Of a stretch of 64,000 bases of DNA, positions 51,482 through 62,614 are shown piece after piece. The notes beneath the pieces were generated by a model. It did not search any database and was not told where the DNA came from. It saw only the letters and a list, made by a program, of their open reading frames with translations. The first letter of the stretch is position 1. Each line of letters opens with the position of its first letter. Made by a program: the position numbers and the translations under genes. This stretch comes from Felis catus (lineage: Eukaryota). The stretch covers positions 15,750,001-15,814,000 of the forward strand of contig NC_058369.1 in the NCBI RefSeq assembly GCF_018350175.1. Direction: 5' to 3'.

Positions 51482-51945
51482 TTTCTTTTATTTTTCTTAA
51501 CATTTATTTTCTATTTATTTTTTTATTTTTTTTTTCAACGTTTATTTATTTTTGCGACAGAGAGAGACAGAGCATGAATGGGGGAGGGGCAGAGAGAGAG
51601 GGAGACACAGAATCGGAAACAGGCTCCAGGCTCTGAGCCATCAGCCCAGAGCCCGACGCGGGGCTCGAACTCACGGACCACGAGATCGTGACCTGGCTGA
51701 AGTCGGACGCTTAACCGACTGCACCACCCAGGCACCCCAACATTTATTTTTTTTTTTTTGAGACAGAGAGAGACACCGTATCAGCGGGGCAGGGGCAGAG
51801 AGAGAGGGACACACAGAATCCGAAGCAGACTCCAGGCTCTGAGCTGTCAGCACAGAGCCCGACGTGGGGCTCGAACCCACGGACCATGCGATCACCACCT
51901 GAGCTGAAGTCAGACGTTCAACCGACTGAGCCCCCCAGGTGCCCC
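51482..51945 (-). mobile_element. Nested SINEs: young SINE (51511-51738) inside the tail of an older SINE
   Basis: Inner TSD aacatttatttt (51499, 51739); outer TSD cctcacaggg (51471, 51948). Confidence 0.9.
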
Positions 51946-52089
51946 CACCTCACAGGGTTTCAGGCAGTTAATCAGAGCTTCCTTGGAAGATCATGGTTCC
52001 TATAGGAATGCTCTTTTCCTGAACTTTGGGGTGACGGCTCTTAGCAGTCTGCCCTCCCTCTTCCCTGGTCTGAGGTCATTATTAACCAC

Positions 52090-52873
52090 CGGAAGACACA
52101 GAATGCGGCACTCTCGCCACACCACGGTCATGTGGCTTTTTTTCCACACCAATAACCAGTTCTGACACCGACTGGGGGTTCTCCAGTTCGGTTCAGTTCT
52201 GATACTAATGACCTGAAGTCAGTGCAGACCCCACAGGTCAAGGGCTCTGTCCACAAGACGGCCCTGGCTGTCAGACGCTGGTCCCAAGTCCCAGGCTGCT
52301 ACCCGTACTTCTGACCAACCGGCTCTAAATTAGGGATTCCCACGATCCCCTCTCCTTAGGTTCCATAATTTGCTAGAACAGCTCTCAAGATATGGAAAAA
52401 CATTAAGATGACTGGTTTATCTTCAAAGATACAATCTGGGAACAGCCAGGCGGAAGAGACGAGAGGCGCAGAGTTGGGGGGGGGGCTGGTTTGAGGTTTG
52501 CAAAGCTTCTATGCACTCAGGGCTCCCCACCCAGCAGCACCTCGCAGGACCCCCTCACTTCGGGGTTTAATGGAGGCCTCATTCCGCAGACTTGGGTGAT
52601 TAACTCCTTCAGCCCACTCCCCTGAGGTCTGGGGTGGGGCTGAAAGTTCCAACCCTCTAATCACATGGTTGCCTCTTCAGGCAACCAGCCCCCACCCTGA
52701 AGCCATCCCAGGGGCTGAGGAGGGTCACCCTATTAGCATAAACTCAGGCGTGGCTGAAAAGAGGCCCACAAAACAAAAGACACTCCCATCAGTCAGGAAA
52801 TTCCTAGGGTTCCAGAAGCTGTGTGCCTGGAACCTGGGACAACCACTGACTATCTGTCTCTTGTGGTATCACA
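52090..52873. mobile_element. MER21-family LTR
   Basis: tacttctgaccaaccggctctaaattagggattcccacga...ataatttgctagaa...ctgaaagttccaaccctctaatcacatggtt...tatcaca, recognised from memory of the MER21 consensus. Confidence 0.7.
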
Positions 52874-55800
52874 GAGATGGCCTGAAGCAGCAGGATCCTG
52901 ACAGGCCATCAGCCGGCTGCTCTCCTAACTCGGGAGACACGGAGAGCTTCGGTCTGCACTGCCTCGGCCTTGGCCTCGGCCGCTTCAGCACCAGGGGAAC
53001 GACTCCAGGACTCCCACACCTCGCGAGGGCCCCAAAGAGCGTACCCCATGCCTCCGTGAACCCAGGGCCCTTGCTGCATGGCTTGTAAAAACCTCCCTCG
53101 CTTGTCTCTGGCAAGCTCTTTCAAATGCCAGAGGAATTCATTTTATAAAATTTGGGGGAACATTGAAATCTCGTGCCAACAGCTCAAAATTATGTTTACG
53201 CTTATCCAGCATGTCTGCAAGCATCCAATATTCTGGTAAAGTGGAAAAGGGACTACATGCACCCGGGACTATTGCCTGAGCTCCTAGTCATGGCTTAGGT
53301 ATTATATTAGAGGTACAACTCTTCCCCAGCCTCCAAACTCCTCCTACGTCTGCCCAGATGCCGCAACAATAGAGACAGAAGTCTAGTCCCAGATTAAGAA
53401 AGAAAGGCACCAAACGGCTCACGTAAACTTATTTACGCTATGGTGCAAATGACTAATACTCTTAACGTTGCCCAGAAACTGGCTCTGGCAGGAGCAATTA
53501 CAGCAAACTGACTAGTCACATGAGGAAAGAAGGATCCGAGGGGGAGCAGGCTTGGGGCGTGGAAGACAACCCTGCCTGGTCTTCAGAACGTTCTGTGCTT
53601 GCTCCTCACCCGCTAGCTGAGAAGGGACCCAGATAGGGGCCCCCACTCCCAGACGAGGTGGAGCATGTCAGTTGTGAGTTCCACCCTGACCAGGAAAGCA
53701 CGTTGGCAAGGACGGTTCAGATGGGCCGAAAGCAGAAAGCCTTTCTGGAAAAGTCCATCGCCTGGGTCTGGTTGAGCACAGCCACTAGCATCTATGTAGT
53801 TGCCACCCCTGGAAAGGGGGGCACTTGGCTGGTACCTGGGGCTCCGAAGGCCCGGCGGTCCTGCTGGCTCCACACAAAAGGGTCGGGGAGCAGGCTGCCC
53901 TCAGCAGAGCTTCGAGAGGGTGCCGTCACAGCACTCGTGAACAAAGCCTCACGAGGCGGCCCAACCCCTCAGACCTAATTAAAGTGTTGACCAACTGCAG
54001 GCCTGGGTCACCTTCCCCAAACACTCCTTCTCGCTTGCCCTCTTCTTTCTTAAAGGGAAGGGGGACTTGCGAGTTGCCCATCCCTGTTTGAACTTTCTCT
54101 TGGCCCTCGCGCTCCCACCAACGACAATCCTGGGGTTCTTGGTCACTGCCTCCGGACACACACAAAACTGCCCCCCCCCCCCCCCGTTCCCGTCCACTGG
54201 CCCAGGAAAGCAGGTCGGAGAGACCCGTGGGTGTGAGGTGTTGCCTCTGGGCCTGGGGAAACCGAACCATCTCTTTCAGGAAGGTGGAAGGTAGGCTGCT
54301 CTGGCGGGAGCCGCACCCCCATACCTGGGGCGGCAGGGCGGAGGCCTTGTCACCGGAGAGCCCAGAGGAAATGCCCGGGAGGCGGTGAGGGAGGCGGTGA
54401 TGGCACGTGGGAAGCTCTGGGCAGCCCCTGGAACAGCTGCACGAACATGAGACACCATCTGGGGCATCTATGTATTCCTGCCCCCGAACAGCACTAACCC
54501 CGTGCACATGGAGAACGTCACAGAGCTCCAAGATCCTATGGCTCAGGGCGGGGACAATCCTGACCAGAGTATCAAGGGGGCGAGCACAGCCAATGACGAA
54601 TTATGAACGGAATCTCTGCCGGAATATGCTGTAGCCAATAAACACAGCCTTGAAGAAGCCAAGTGTAACCCGTACGTGTTAACAAACCGCCTGCCGGGCG
54701 GTTTGTTGGGCACCACTGGTAAGAGGCGGGCCTGACCCAGGAGCGGGGGCCGCAGCCGTGAACAAGGCCAGTGGGCACTGGCCTTCCAGGAACCCCCGTC
54801 CAGAGGGGCAAAGCTCCTCCTAAGCTTATAGACCAAAAAGAGGTCACTGGAGGCCTGAGAAGTTCTTCGATGAACAGAACACGTGAGACCCCAGGTTCAA
54901 CGCTGCTCGGGATCCTAAGCCACCACTGCCTTTCTTCCACGTTTGTGGCCCTTCGCCCATACGGTCATTTCTCGTTTAATCTGTTTTCTCCATGAGTCCG
55001 TAAGCTCCACTGCTATTCACCATCTCCCCAGCACAGAGTGCAGTCCTGACCCCCAGAGAGCCCTCAGTACCTTACTTGGGGAATGAATGAACCAGTTAGA
55101 CAAAACCGGACCCGTAGTCTCTTACTCCGCAGATCTAACTAAACTTTAGGCGTAGAAAGGCACCAACATGTAAATGATGAGAATTATCCTTCCATGGCGG
55201 GAAAACGTGGGTAAATTTTCAAAACATTCGATTTCTCTGATTTCTCAAGTTTCCTTTACTGGACATAAATTACTTGTGTAATTTGTAATGATAGACATTA
55301 TACCGTCATTACTGTGGAAATATTACAGCATTACTATCCCAAGAAGAAAGGGAATAATGTAATTTAGGGACTGGCTGGATTAAGCGTGTCCATGGGAGAA
55401 AGTGTGCCCCACAGCTCCGGCCTGAGGCAGCCTTATCCAGAAGCCTCCTTCACTCTATCTGGTCAAGGATAGCCACGGCCGTTACAGCCACCTCCCCGAC
55501 TCACCCAGCCCACGCAAGGCCCTCTCCTCTCTGCATCCCCGGGACTTTGATCTGGAACCGTCAACCAGAACACTCCCAGGGTAGAGGGGAGGTATGGATG
55601 GGTCTGAGCATAGCCGTGTTTGGATGACAAGTGGAACATCCCGGGTGCACACGGGCTCGGGGGTGGGGCCATGCTGGCAGACAGGAAGGGCAAGCAAGAC
55701 CCAGGATGGCTCTGAGGCTGGGGCTTGGCGCTGGGCAAGAAAACCATCTTCTCTTTTACCAATCGTAATGGAGGCTTGCCAATTTGGACCCTATTCAGAT

Positions 55801-58342
55801 TCTGGAATCGGACTAGTCAACGTGAGATTTCCATTCCCTAACGTGCAACGGATTATGCGATAAAGATCATTCCCCAGTTGGTGATACTGTGCTATGTTTA
55901 GCTCACCAAACTCTTTTCAGGCAATTTTAGCAAATCTGTCTGTCCTGGGGAAGTTATTTGACCTTTTCCTACCTTGTGTGTGGCGTTTGTGGTTTTTTAC
56001 TTTTTCCTGTTTTTTGTTTGTTTGTTTGTTTGTTTGTTTGGGCTTTTTTCCCCCGTGTGCAGTGTGGGGAGGTTACCCTTTACCTTCCTCAAGGAGGAGG
56101 CAGGGGAGGAGAAGAGCAGACGTTCCCAGTGGCTAACTTTGCTTGAGGCTCTCGAGTGCCCCCTCCCTGCTCTTGACCAAGGCTGCAGACGGCCCTGGAA
56201 GAAGCCCAAGGGGCTGCAGGTTCAGCTTGAGGAAATTCCTTCTGGCTCCTTGTGAAACCACCACGTCTGGTTCAGCTGTCCAGCCCACCCCGGTCCTCCT
56301 ACGGGGATTCTCCTCCTGGCCTATCCCCCTGCAGACCAACAGCTTGCTTGGGTTGCTTTTCCGGCTCAGCTTTTTCTTCTGGATCCCACAGGCTCGGTTT
56401 TCTGCCCCAGGTCAAGGATGCAGTACCCCAGGCTCCTGAGGTGGTTAGCCAGACCTGCCCGTGGGGCCCAGAACAGCCGCAGGGTGACGTACTGTAACCA
56501 GACCACAGATCCCCTCAGAACCACACTGATGTACCTGTCCTCATCCCTGGAAACAGGATCTGGCCAAACCAGAAACAGGCGCTCAGTGTCTTTCAAATGC
56601 CACAAAGGCCTTTGTGAATGTGGAAGACCATTGGTGGTCACGAAAACCATCAGGCTGACCGGCTGCAACATGTGGAAAAGGGGGAAATGCCCCCCTGCCC
56701 CACGGAGCTCCGCTCAACCACCCTCATCTCATAAAAGCCATGAGCCCACGTGCTCTGAGGCTGAAGCTCTTATTACAGGGACATTACAGTGCCAAACGAT
56801 ATGTCTACAAGCAGCAAGAGGATAATACAGACCCAAGGAAACATTTCAGTACCCACACGACTGATCCATGTAGTTGCTCAGAGGCCCTTCTACCAATCAA
56901 GAGCTTTAAAAACAAAAACAAGCAAAGATCCCCAAACTGACAATGAGATCACAAATAGAGTCTTGCTTATCTCTGGAGCAACACAATGACTTTGAGGCCC
57001 AGGTGAGCAGATGCTGACCAGCTGGACCCCCCTCATCTCTGCTCACGGGAGGCCTCTGGCTGGTCACAAGGCACCAGTTATTGACCCTCACCTGCTGTGT
57101 GTCCTGAGGCTGCTCCAGGGGATGTGGCCCCAGACACTGAGCTCCTATCAGTGATTTTCACCATGAGACCACAGCTAGACAACACGTTTCCTCTGCCTCG
57201 TGTTTAAGGACATTCCAGTCTGGAGTCACCCAAGTTGTCCTTGGAATCACCAGAAAACACAGGTTACCCATCAGCCAAACCTCTCCCCTCCAGGGAAGGG
57301 AGGGACTGCCATTTCTTGAGTGCCTACTATGCGTTCTAGAGGCAGCAGCCCACAGCCTCGGTGACCAGCACAGGTCAAAGTCACCAGATGTTCTGATCTT
57401 GTCTCTTTTGGGTAGTTTCTCTCATCGCAAACATCTGGGGGAGGCGGGAAGTGTCTTCCTGCCCCCAAAGGACTAGTGTGGTTTAAAGTGTGGCTCTTGA
57501 TCTCCTGCTTTTGCCCCAAAACCAGCCACACGGAGCAAAGACCATCCAAGGAACAGCCAGAGGACCGACATTAAAACAACTACAAAACTAACTGAAGTAA
57601 ACTATTGGTTGTAGATTCTAACAGGCGAGCCAATGTTCACTATACAATCCTTTCAATGATTATGCTTCACTATTTTCCTAATAAAATACCAAAAACAACT
57701 TAAAAACAAAAGGAAGCACAACCCAGAGATGAACACTTGTAAGAGAAGCAGAAAACCTGTTTCCTAAAGCAAAGAGGCTTCTCAGACCCCTTTAATCAAA
57801 GAAGGCCGAGTCCCATCACTGAGACAATTAACTTTGGCTTCCAGGGTGATGAGAACAATGGCCCACGACTGGTACAGGGAATTCAGTAATTTATGAACAG
57901 CAGCTGTCACAGAAGGGAAAGTCCAGTGGAGCCCACTTGATATGGGCACACTTTGGAAGGTGGGGGCCACTGAAAGCAGAAAACCTCAGCGAGACGGCTC
58001 TTTATTAGCACCAACACGGCAGGGGAAGCCGCATTAGGCAGATGGCAGGGGAGTAAAGCTTGCTACAGAGACCACAAGGCTTGCAGGGGCAGGAGGGCAG
58101 TGAGCTGATTACAGCCTGATCCTCTGCCCTCAAAGAGCCCCTGACCCATTTCTCTGTGGGAAAGGAAACTGCCGTGGTAAAGACGCAGAGGAGCAGAGGC
58201 TGTGGCCAACACAAGCAGCTTCAGTAAATGCTCTTTTTTTTTTTTTCTGGAGGGGGCAGCCAGTGGGAGTTGTGAAGAGTGACAAGGGGCATCAGAAGAT
58301 ACATGTGCACAGAACAGGGAGACGTGTGGTTAATGTGTCAAC

Positions 58343-58371
<29 letters not shown>
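58343..58371. repeat. (CA)n microsatellite
   Basis: Seen directly. Confidence 0.95.
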
Positions 58372-58374
<3 letters not shown>

Positions 58375-58899
58375 TTCCTTACACAAAAATAAAATCCAGG
58401 CCTCCCCCTAGAACATCCCCCAGCCGAGGTTCCGAATAGCGTGGACTCTTTAGCGCAAGTCCCAAGCAGCCACACCACAGACAATCCCAAATCCACAGGT
58501 GTTTCAGGAAAGATCACGGGGTGGGGGGGGGGGGGGGGGGGGCTATTTTGAGCCCCTGCACCTGAACATAAGGTAAAGAGAACGGGCCGTGGCCCGAAGA
58601 TGGCCCGGGATGAACAAACTGTCCCCTTACGGGAGGGAGGGAGAAACAAGGTCTGGGCTATCCCCGCCCGGCTGAGCCCGGAACTTCGCTTCTTATAGTC
58701 AGTGGCCTCTCGGACAATCCTGGCAGAAACTCCACGACCTGTCCTCCTGTGCCTAAATGATCCAAGGGCTGTTCTGAGACTCCTATATGGTGGGCTCCTT
58801 TTCGGGGGTCCTGGAACCGGTGTTTGGGGATCTGTCTTTCCAACTGACCACCAGAGGCAACCAGGGTTCCAGGGTCAGTTTCAGCAGCGGACCGAGAGG

Positions 58900-59400
58900 T
58901 GCCTCCCCGGCCCTCTGGCCAAGGGCAAGGGCTCGGACCGGGTCTGGGGGAGACCCGGGATGGGCGGGGACGGTGAGGGCAACAGGTGACAAGCCGCGTC
59001 GGGAGGGAAGTTCTCCGCTCCGAGGCCGACAGCGGCCCAGGCGCCCCCGAGGTCCGGCCGGCCCCCCGCGGCACTTACGCGCTCGTGGGTCCACTGTTTG
59101 GCAGAAGCGAAACTTTCTGGGGCCCAGCGGAAGAGTGCGGTAGCACGGCGCAGCCCGCCATGATACGCAGAGCCGCCGCAGGCGGGCGCGGACTACAACT
59201 CCCGGCACGCTCCGCAGGCCAACGCCTACAAGTCCCGTCGGACCCCACGGCAGAGGGGCGTGGACTAGGACTCCCGGCTCGCGGCGCGCGCTGAGGTTTG
59301 CGTCTCCTGGCGCCGCTGTGCCACCCGCCCTGGGCTAAGCCTCTCAGTCCCCGCAGGCTCGGTGTGTCCCCGAGTCATCGGTGTGGCACCTTGAAAGCAG
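58900..59400. promoter_or_regulatory. CpG-island promoter of FYCO1 with ZNF143/THAP11-type ACTACAAYTCCC motif
   Basis: Very GC- and CpG-dense; actacaactcccggca at 59192-59207; GC-rich boxes. Confidence 0.8.
59079..59200 (-). other. FYCO1: FYCO1 non-coding exon 1 (TSS approximate)
   Basis: Strong donor GC|gtaagt (plus strand cacttac, 59072-59078) inside the CpG island upstream of exon 2. The 5' end cannot be fixed from sequence. Confidence 0.7.
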
Positions 59401-59404
59401 CGCC

Positions 59405-59600
59405 GTCACCGTGTGGCTTTTGAGAACTTGCAGTGTGGCTAGTTTGAGCTGAACAGTACACGGGCTGTAAGTGCAAAATACACCTGACTTCCAGAGACTT
59501 CGTATGAAAACAATACCGTGAAGTAGCTTCTTACTACTTTTATACTGATTGCGTGTCGAAAAGATAGTACTTTTGGTAGGTTGGGCGGGCTAAATGAAAA
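59405..59600. mobile_element. MER33-like hAT-Charlie MITE remnant
   Basis: gtgtggcttttgagaacttgcagtgtggctagt...gctgtaagtgcaaaatacac...agacttcgtatgaaaa. Confidence 0.65.
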
Positions 59601-60317
59601 GCATGTGTCGCTGGGCTTCCCGGGTCCCCCTCACTTCTAAACCCAGGGACCTATTTGAACTCAGTGCTCAAAAACTATGTGTTAATGAATGAACTACCAC
59701 TCCTGACTTCTGCCCCACTCTCGGCCCGATTTCTATTTGTAAGTTCTATTCTCTGTTTCTAAGTTGCAAGGCATTCTGAGGCTGGACTCAAGAGAGTGCA
59801 TTCATTCATGATGTCTACTATGGATCCAAGGCAGGAGAGTAACCGCACCCGGGGTACTTAGCCTGTGACGGAAGCCTGGGCTCTGCCATTCCTTAGTTCT
59901 GCCTGCAGCATCCTTTCCTCTGCCCTAGCTCCCACCATTTCATCGAGAAACACCGTTTTACCTTGCAGGACTTAGCTACTGGTGTCCAGCCAAGCGCCAC
60001 GGCCCCAGCCATTGGCTGGGTGGGATAATACGGGAAAGGAAATAGATTTCCTACTTAAGGTTGGGGTATGGCATGTCATCAGCCATCTTTTATAAGTTAA
60101 TGAGGGACAGACAAATCAGTGATGAGATGGATGGAACAGTCAATCCGTGGGGGTGTGGGGAAGTGATTTCCATTCTTCCTGTTAAAAACTACGAAAGGAA
60201 GAGGGAACAGGGGGACGATGGCAAAGGGAAAATCGTTGTGCCAACCACAGTCTGAATGGTTTTGTGACATACTGAGGGTGGGAGAGATTTTAATGTCGGA
60301 TTTTAGTGCCCCTTTCT

Positions 60318-60635
60318 CAGGACTGTGAGCTCACATCCTCAGGACTGTGACCCCACGTGACTGGGGCTGTGACCCCGCATGTTGAGAGCTATGGCCCCAG
60401 TGAATGGGTCATGACCCCATATGCCAGAAGCCTTGCCCCCATGTCCCTGGGGTCATGACCTTACAGGCTTGCAGCCATGCCCCTACTTGATCAGGACTGT
60501 GAGCTCACGTCCTCAGGGCTGTGCCACCTGGTGCTCAGGTGCATCGCCCTGTGTCCTCTGAGCTGTGGCCCACTGCGCTCCTTGGAGCTATGACCTCTTG
60601 CCTCAGGCAGCGATCCCACGTGTTCGGGGCTATGA
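60318..60635. repeat. Degenerate ~21-22 bp tandem repeat
   Basis: Recurrent ggRctgtgacccca-like units; tcaggactgtgagctcacRtcctcagg at 60317 and 60491. Confidence 0.65.
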
Positions 60636-60891
60636 ATGTTAGAGTGGACCTCTCTGAGCTCTGATGCCCTCTTTGGTCTAAGTGGGAAACAGAAATGTCA
60701 CAGGGTGGCTGTGAGATGTGCACATATATGGGCCTGGTACAGAGCAGATCTCAGTAAAAGTCAGTTTCCAGTCTCCTGTGGGTGTCTTCAGTCAGGAGTC
60801 GTGTTCTTTGTGGTCAAGGTAGACACTAAAAGCCCATGAGGGGCTCTGAGATGCGCTAGGATTCCCTTCACACCCACTGAAATGGCGCCCC

Positions 60892-61331
60892 GTGTTGGTC
60901 TGCTCATGCTGCCGTAACAAAGTCCCACCAGCTAGGTGGCTTAAACAGGTCTCCAGGCTAGAAGTCTACGATCGGGGTGTCTGCAGTGTTGGCTCCTTCT
61001 GTGGCTGTGAGGGAACACCCATCCCCTGCCTTTCTCTTAACTTCTGGTGGTTGCTGGCAATCTCTGGTGTTCTTGACTTGTGATAGCGTAAGTCCAGCCT
61101 TCACCTGGCATTCTCCCTTGGTCTGGGTCTCTGTCCAAATTTCCCGTTTTTATAGGGACACCGGTCATATTGGATTACAGGCCTGCCCTCACCCCTGTGA
61201 CCTCATTTTAACTAATTACATATGCAGTGACCCTCTTTCCAGACAAGGTCACATTCAGAGGTACCGGGAATTAGGACATGAACACAAGAGTTTCTTGGGG
61301 AGTAGGAGGAGGACACAGTTCAACCGATAAC
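60892..61331. mobile_element. MLT1 (MaLR) LTR
   Basis: ctgccgtaacaaag...ggtggcttaaac...gacctcattttaactaattaca...aaggtcacattc...gacacagttcaacc. Confidence 0.8.
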
Positions 61332-61581
61332 GTGCACGAAGCTACAGATTTGTATCCCCTGAAGAACGTCATGGAAATGCAACTCATGAAATTATAGACT
61401 CATAGACTTCATTTCTTAATCACGGGGAGGGATCTTAGAGTTTAAGCCTCTCCAGTTGAGTTGAATAGATAAGGAGAGGAAGTGGCTTGCTAAGGATCCA
61501 GTCAGAACGGGGGATGTGATTTCCTATTGAGGCCAATATTTGTGGGTTTCCTCTAACTTTTAAATAAACAAGATGCTTTGA

Positions 61582-61795
61582 GGGGACCCTGGGTGGCTCA
61601 GTTGGTTAAGCGTCTGACTTCGGCTCAGGTCATGATCTCATGACTTGTGAGTTCGAGCCCCACGTCGGGCTCTGTGCTGACAGCTCAGAGCCTGGAGCCT
61701 GCTTCGGATTCTGTGTCTCCCTCTCCTCTCTGCCCCTCCCCTGCTCACACTGTGTCTATGTCTCAAAAATAAATAAACATTGAAAAAAATTAAAT
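61582..61795 (+). mobile_element. Carnivore SINE
   Basis: TSD aagatgctttga (61570, 61796). Confidence 0.93.
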
Positions 61796-62535
61796 AAGAT
61801 GCTTTGAAAAATTAGTAATGTTCAGTGTTGTTGTTGTTCAGTGTTGCTTTGAAAAATTAGTAATGTTCAGTGTTGTTGTTTTAACTCACATTATCCTTAT
61901 TTTTGGAAAAAAACCAGAGGCAGATTGTTGAACCAATTGTAACCAAAGTGGGGGACAGATACAAGTGGGTACTTCCTTCCCCAAACTCCCATAGTTCATT
62001 GCAAGGTGCCTTGGAATAATAGTTTTAATGACACGTTTAAGGTGACGTGTTTAAGGCGTGCATTCCCAGTCGTGTGGACAATCGAGTCATATACTTTTCT
62101 CTGAGTCAAGGTTAAGTCATCTGGAAAAAGGACCACCAATTCCTTGGGACTAGAGTAATCCTATAGAAATCTTTCTCCAAATAAGAATGACCAGAGGCTG
62201 ACCAACTTGAGAGTGGTGCTAATCCTTCTTTGCAATCTTACGCCCCCTAACATGGGCTTCCCTCTGCCTTCACACAGAGCAGGCCTGTACACACAGGGCC
62301 AGGAACATCCTGCAGGTCCACATGCCCCCTCTTATCCCCGGGCCCACCTCTAATCCTTGTAACCACCCAGTTCTCCATGCCCATCCATTGCCCATATCTT
62401 CTCTCTAACCATGAGTGCTGCTCACCTCTGATTTTCTGAAATGGTCAAAGTCAAGGAACCAGGCTTCCATTGTCCTCCTTTGGGCCCTCTGGCCACACTT
62501 TCTCTTGTGGAGGAGCTGGGAGTGTGTGTGTAGCA

Positions 62536-62614
62536 GGGTGGGGGTGGGGTGGGGTGGGGTGCAGGGGTGGGGTGCGGGGGTGGGGTGCGGGGGCGGGGTG
62601 GAGTGCGGGGGCGG
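62536..62614 (+). repeat. (GGGGT/GGGGTGC)n G-rich repeat
   Basis: More than ten G3-G5 runs. Confidence 0.9.

Noticed and set aside
60318..60635. CRISPR-like array
   Set aside because: Mammalian context, degenerate contiguous units, no unique spacers or cas genes.
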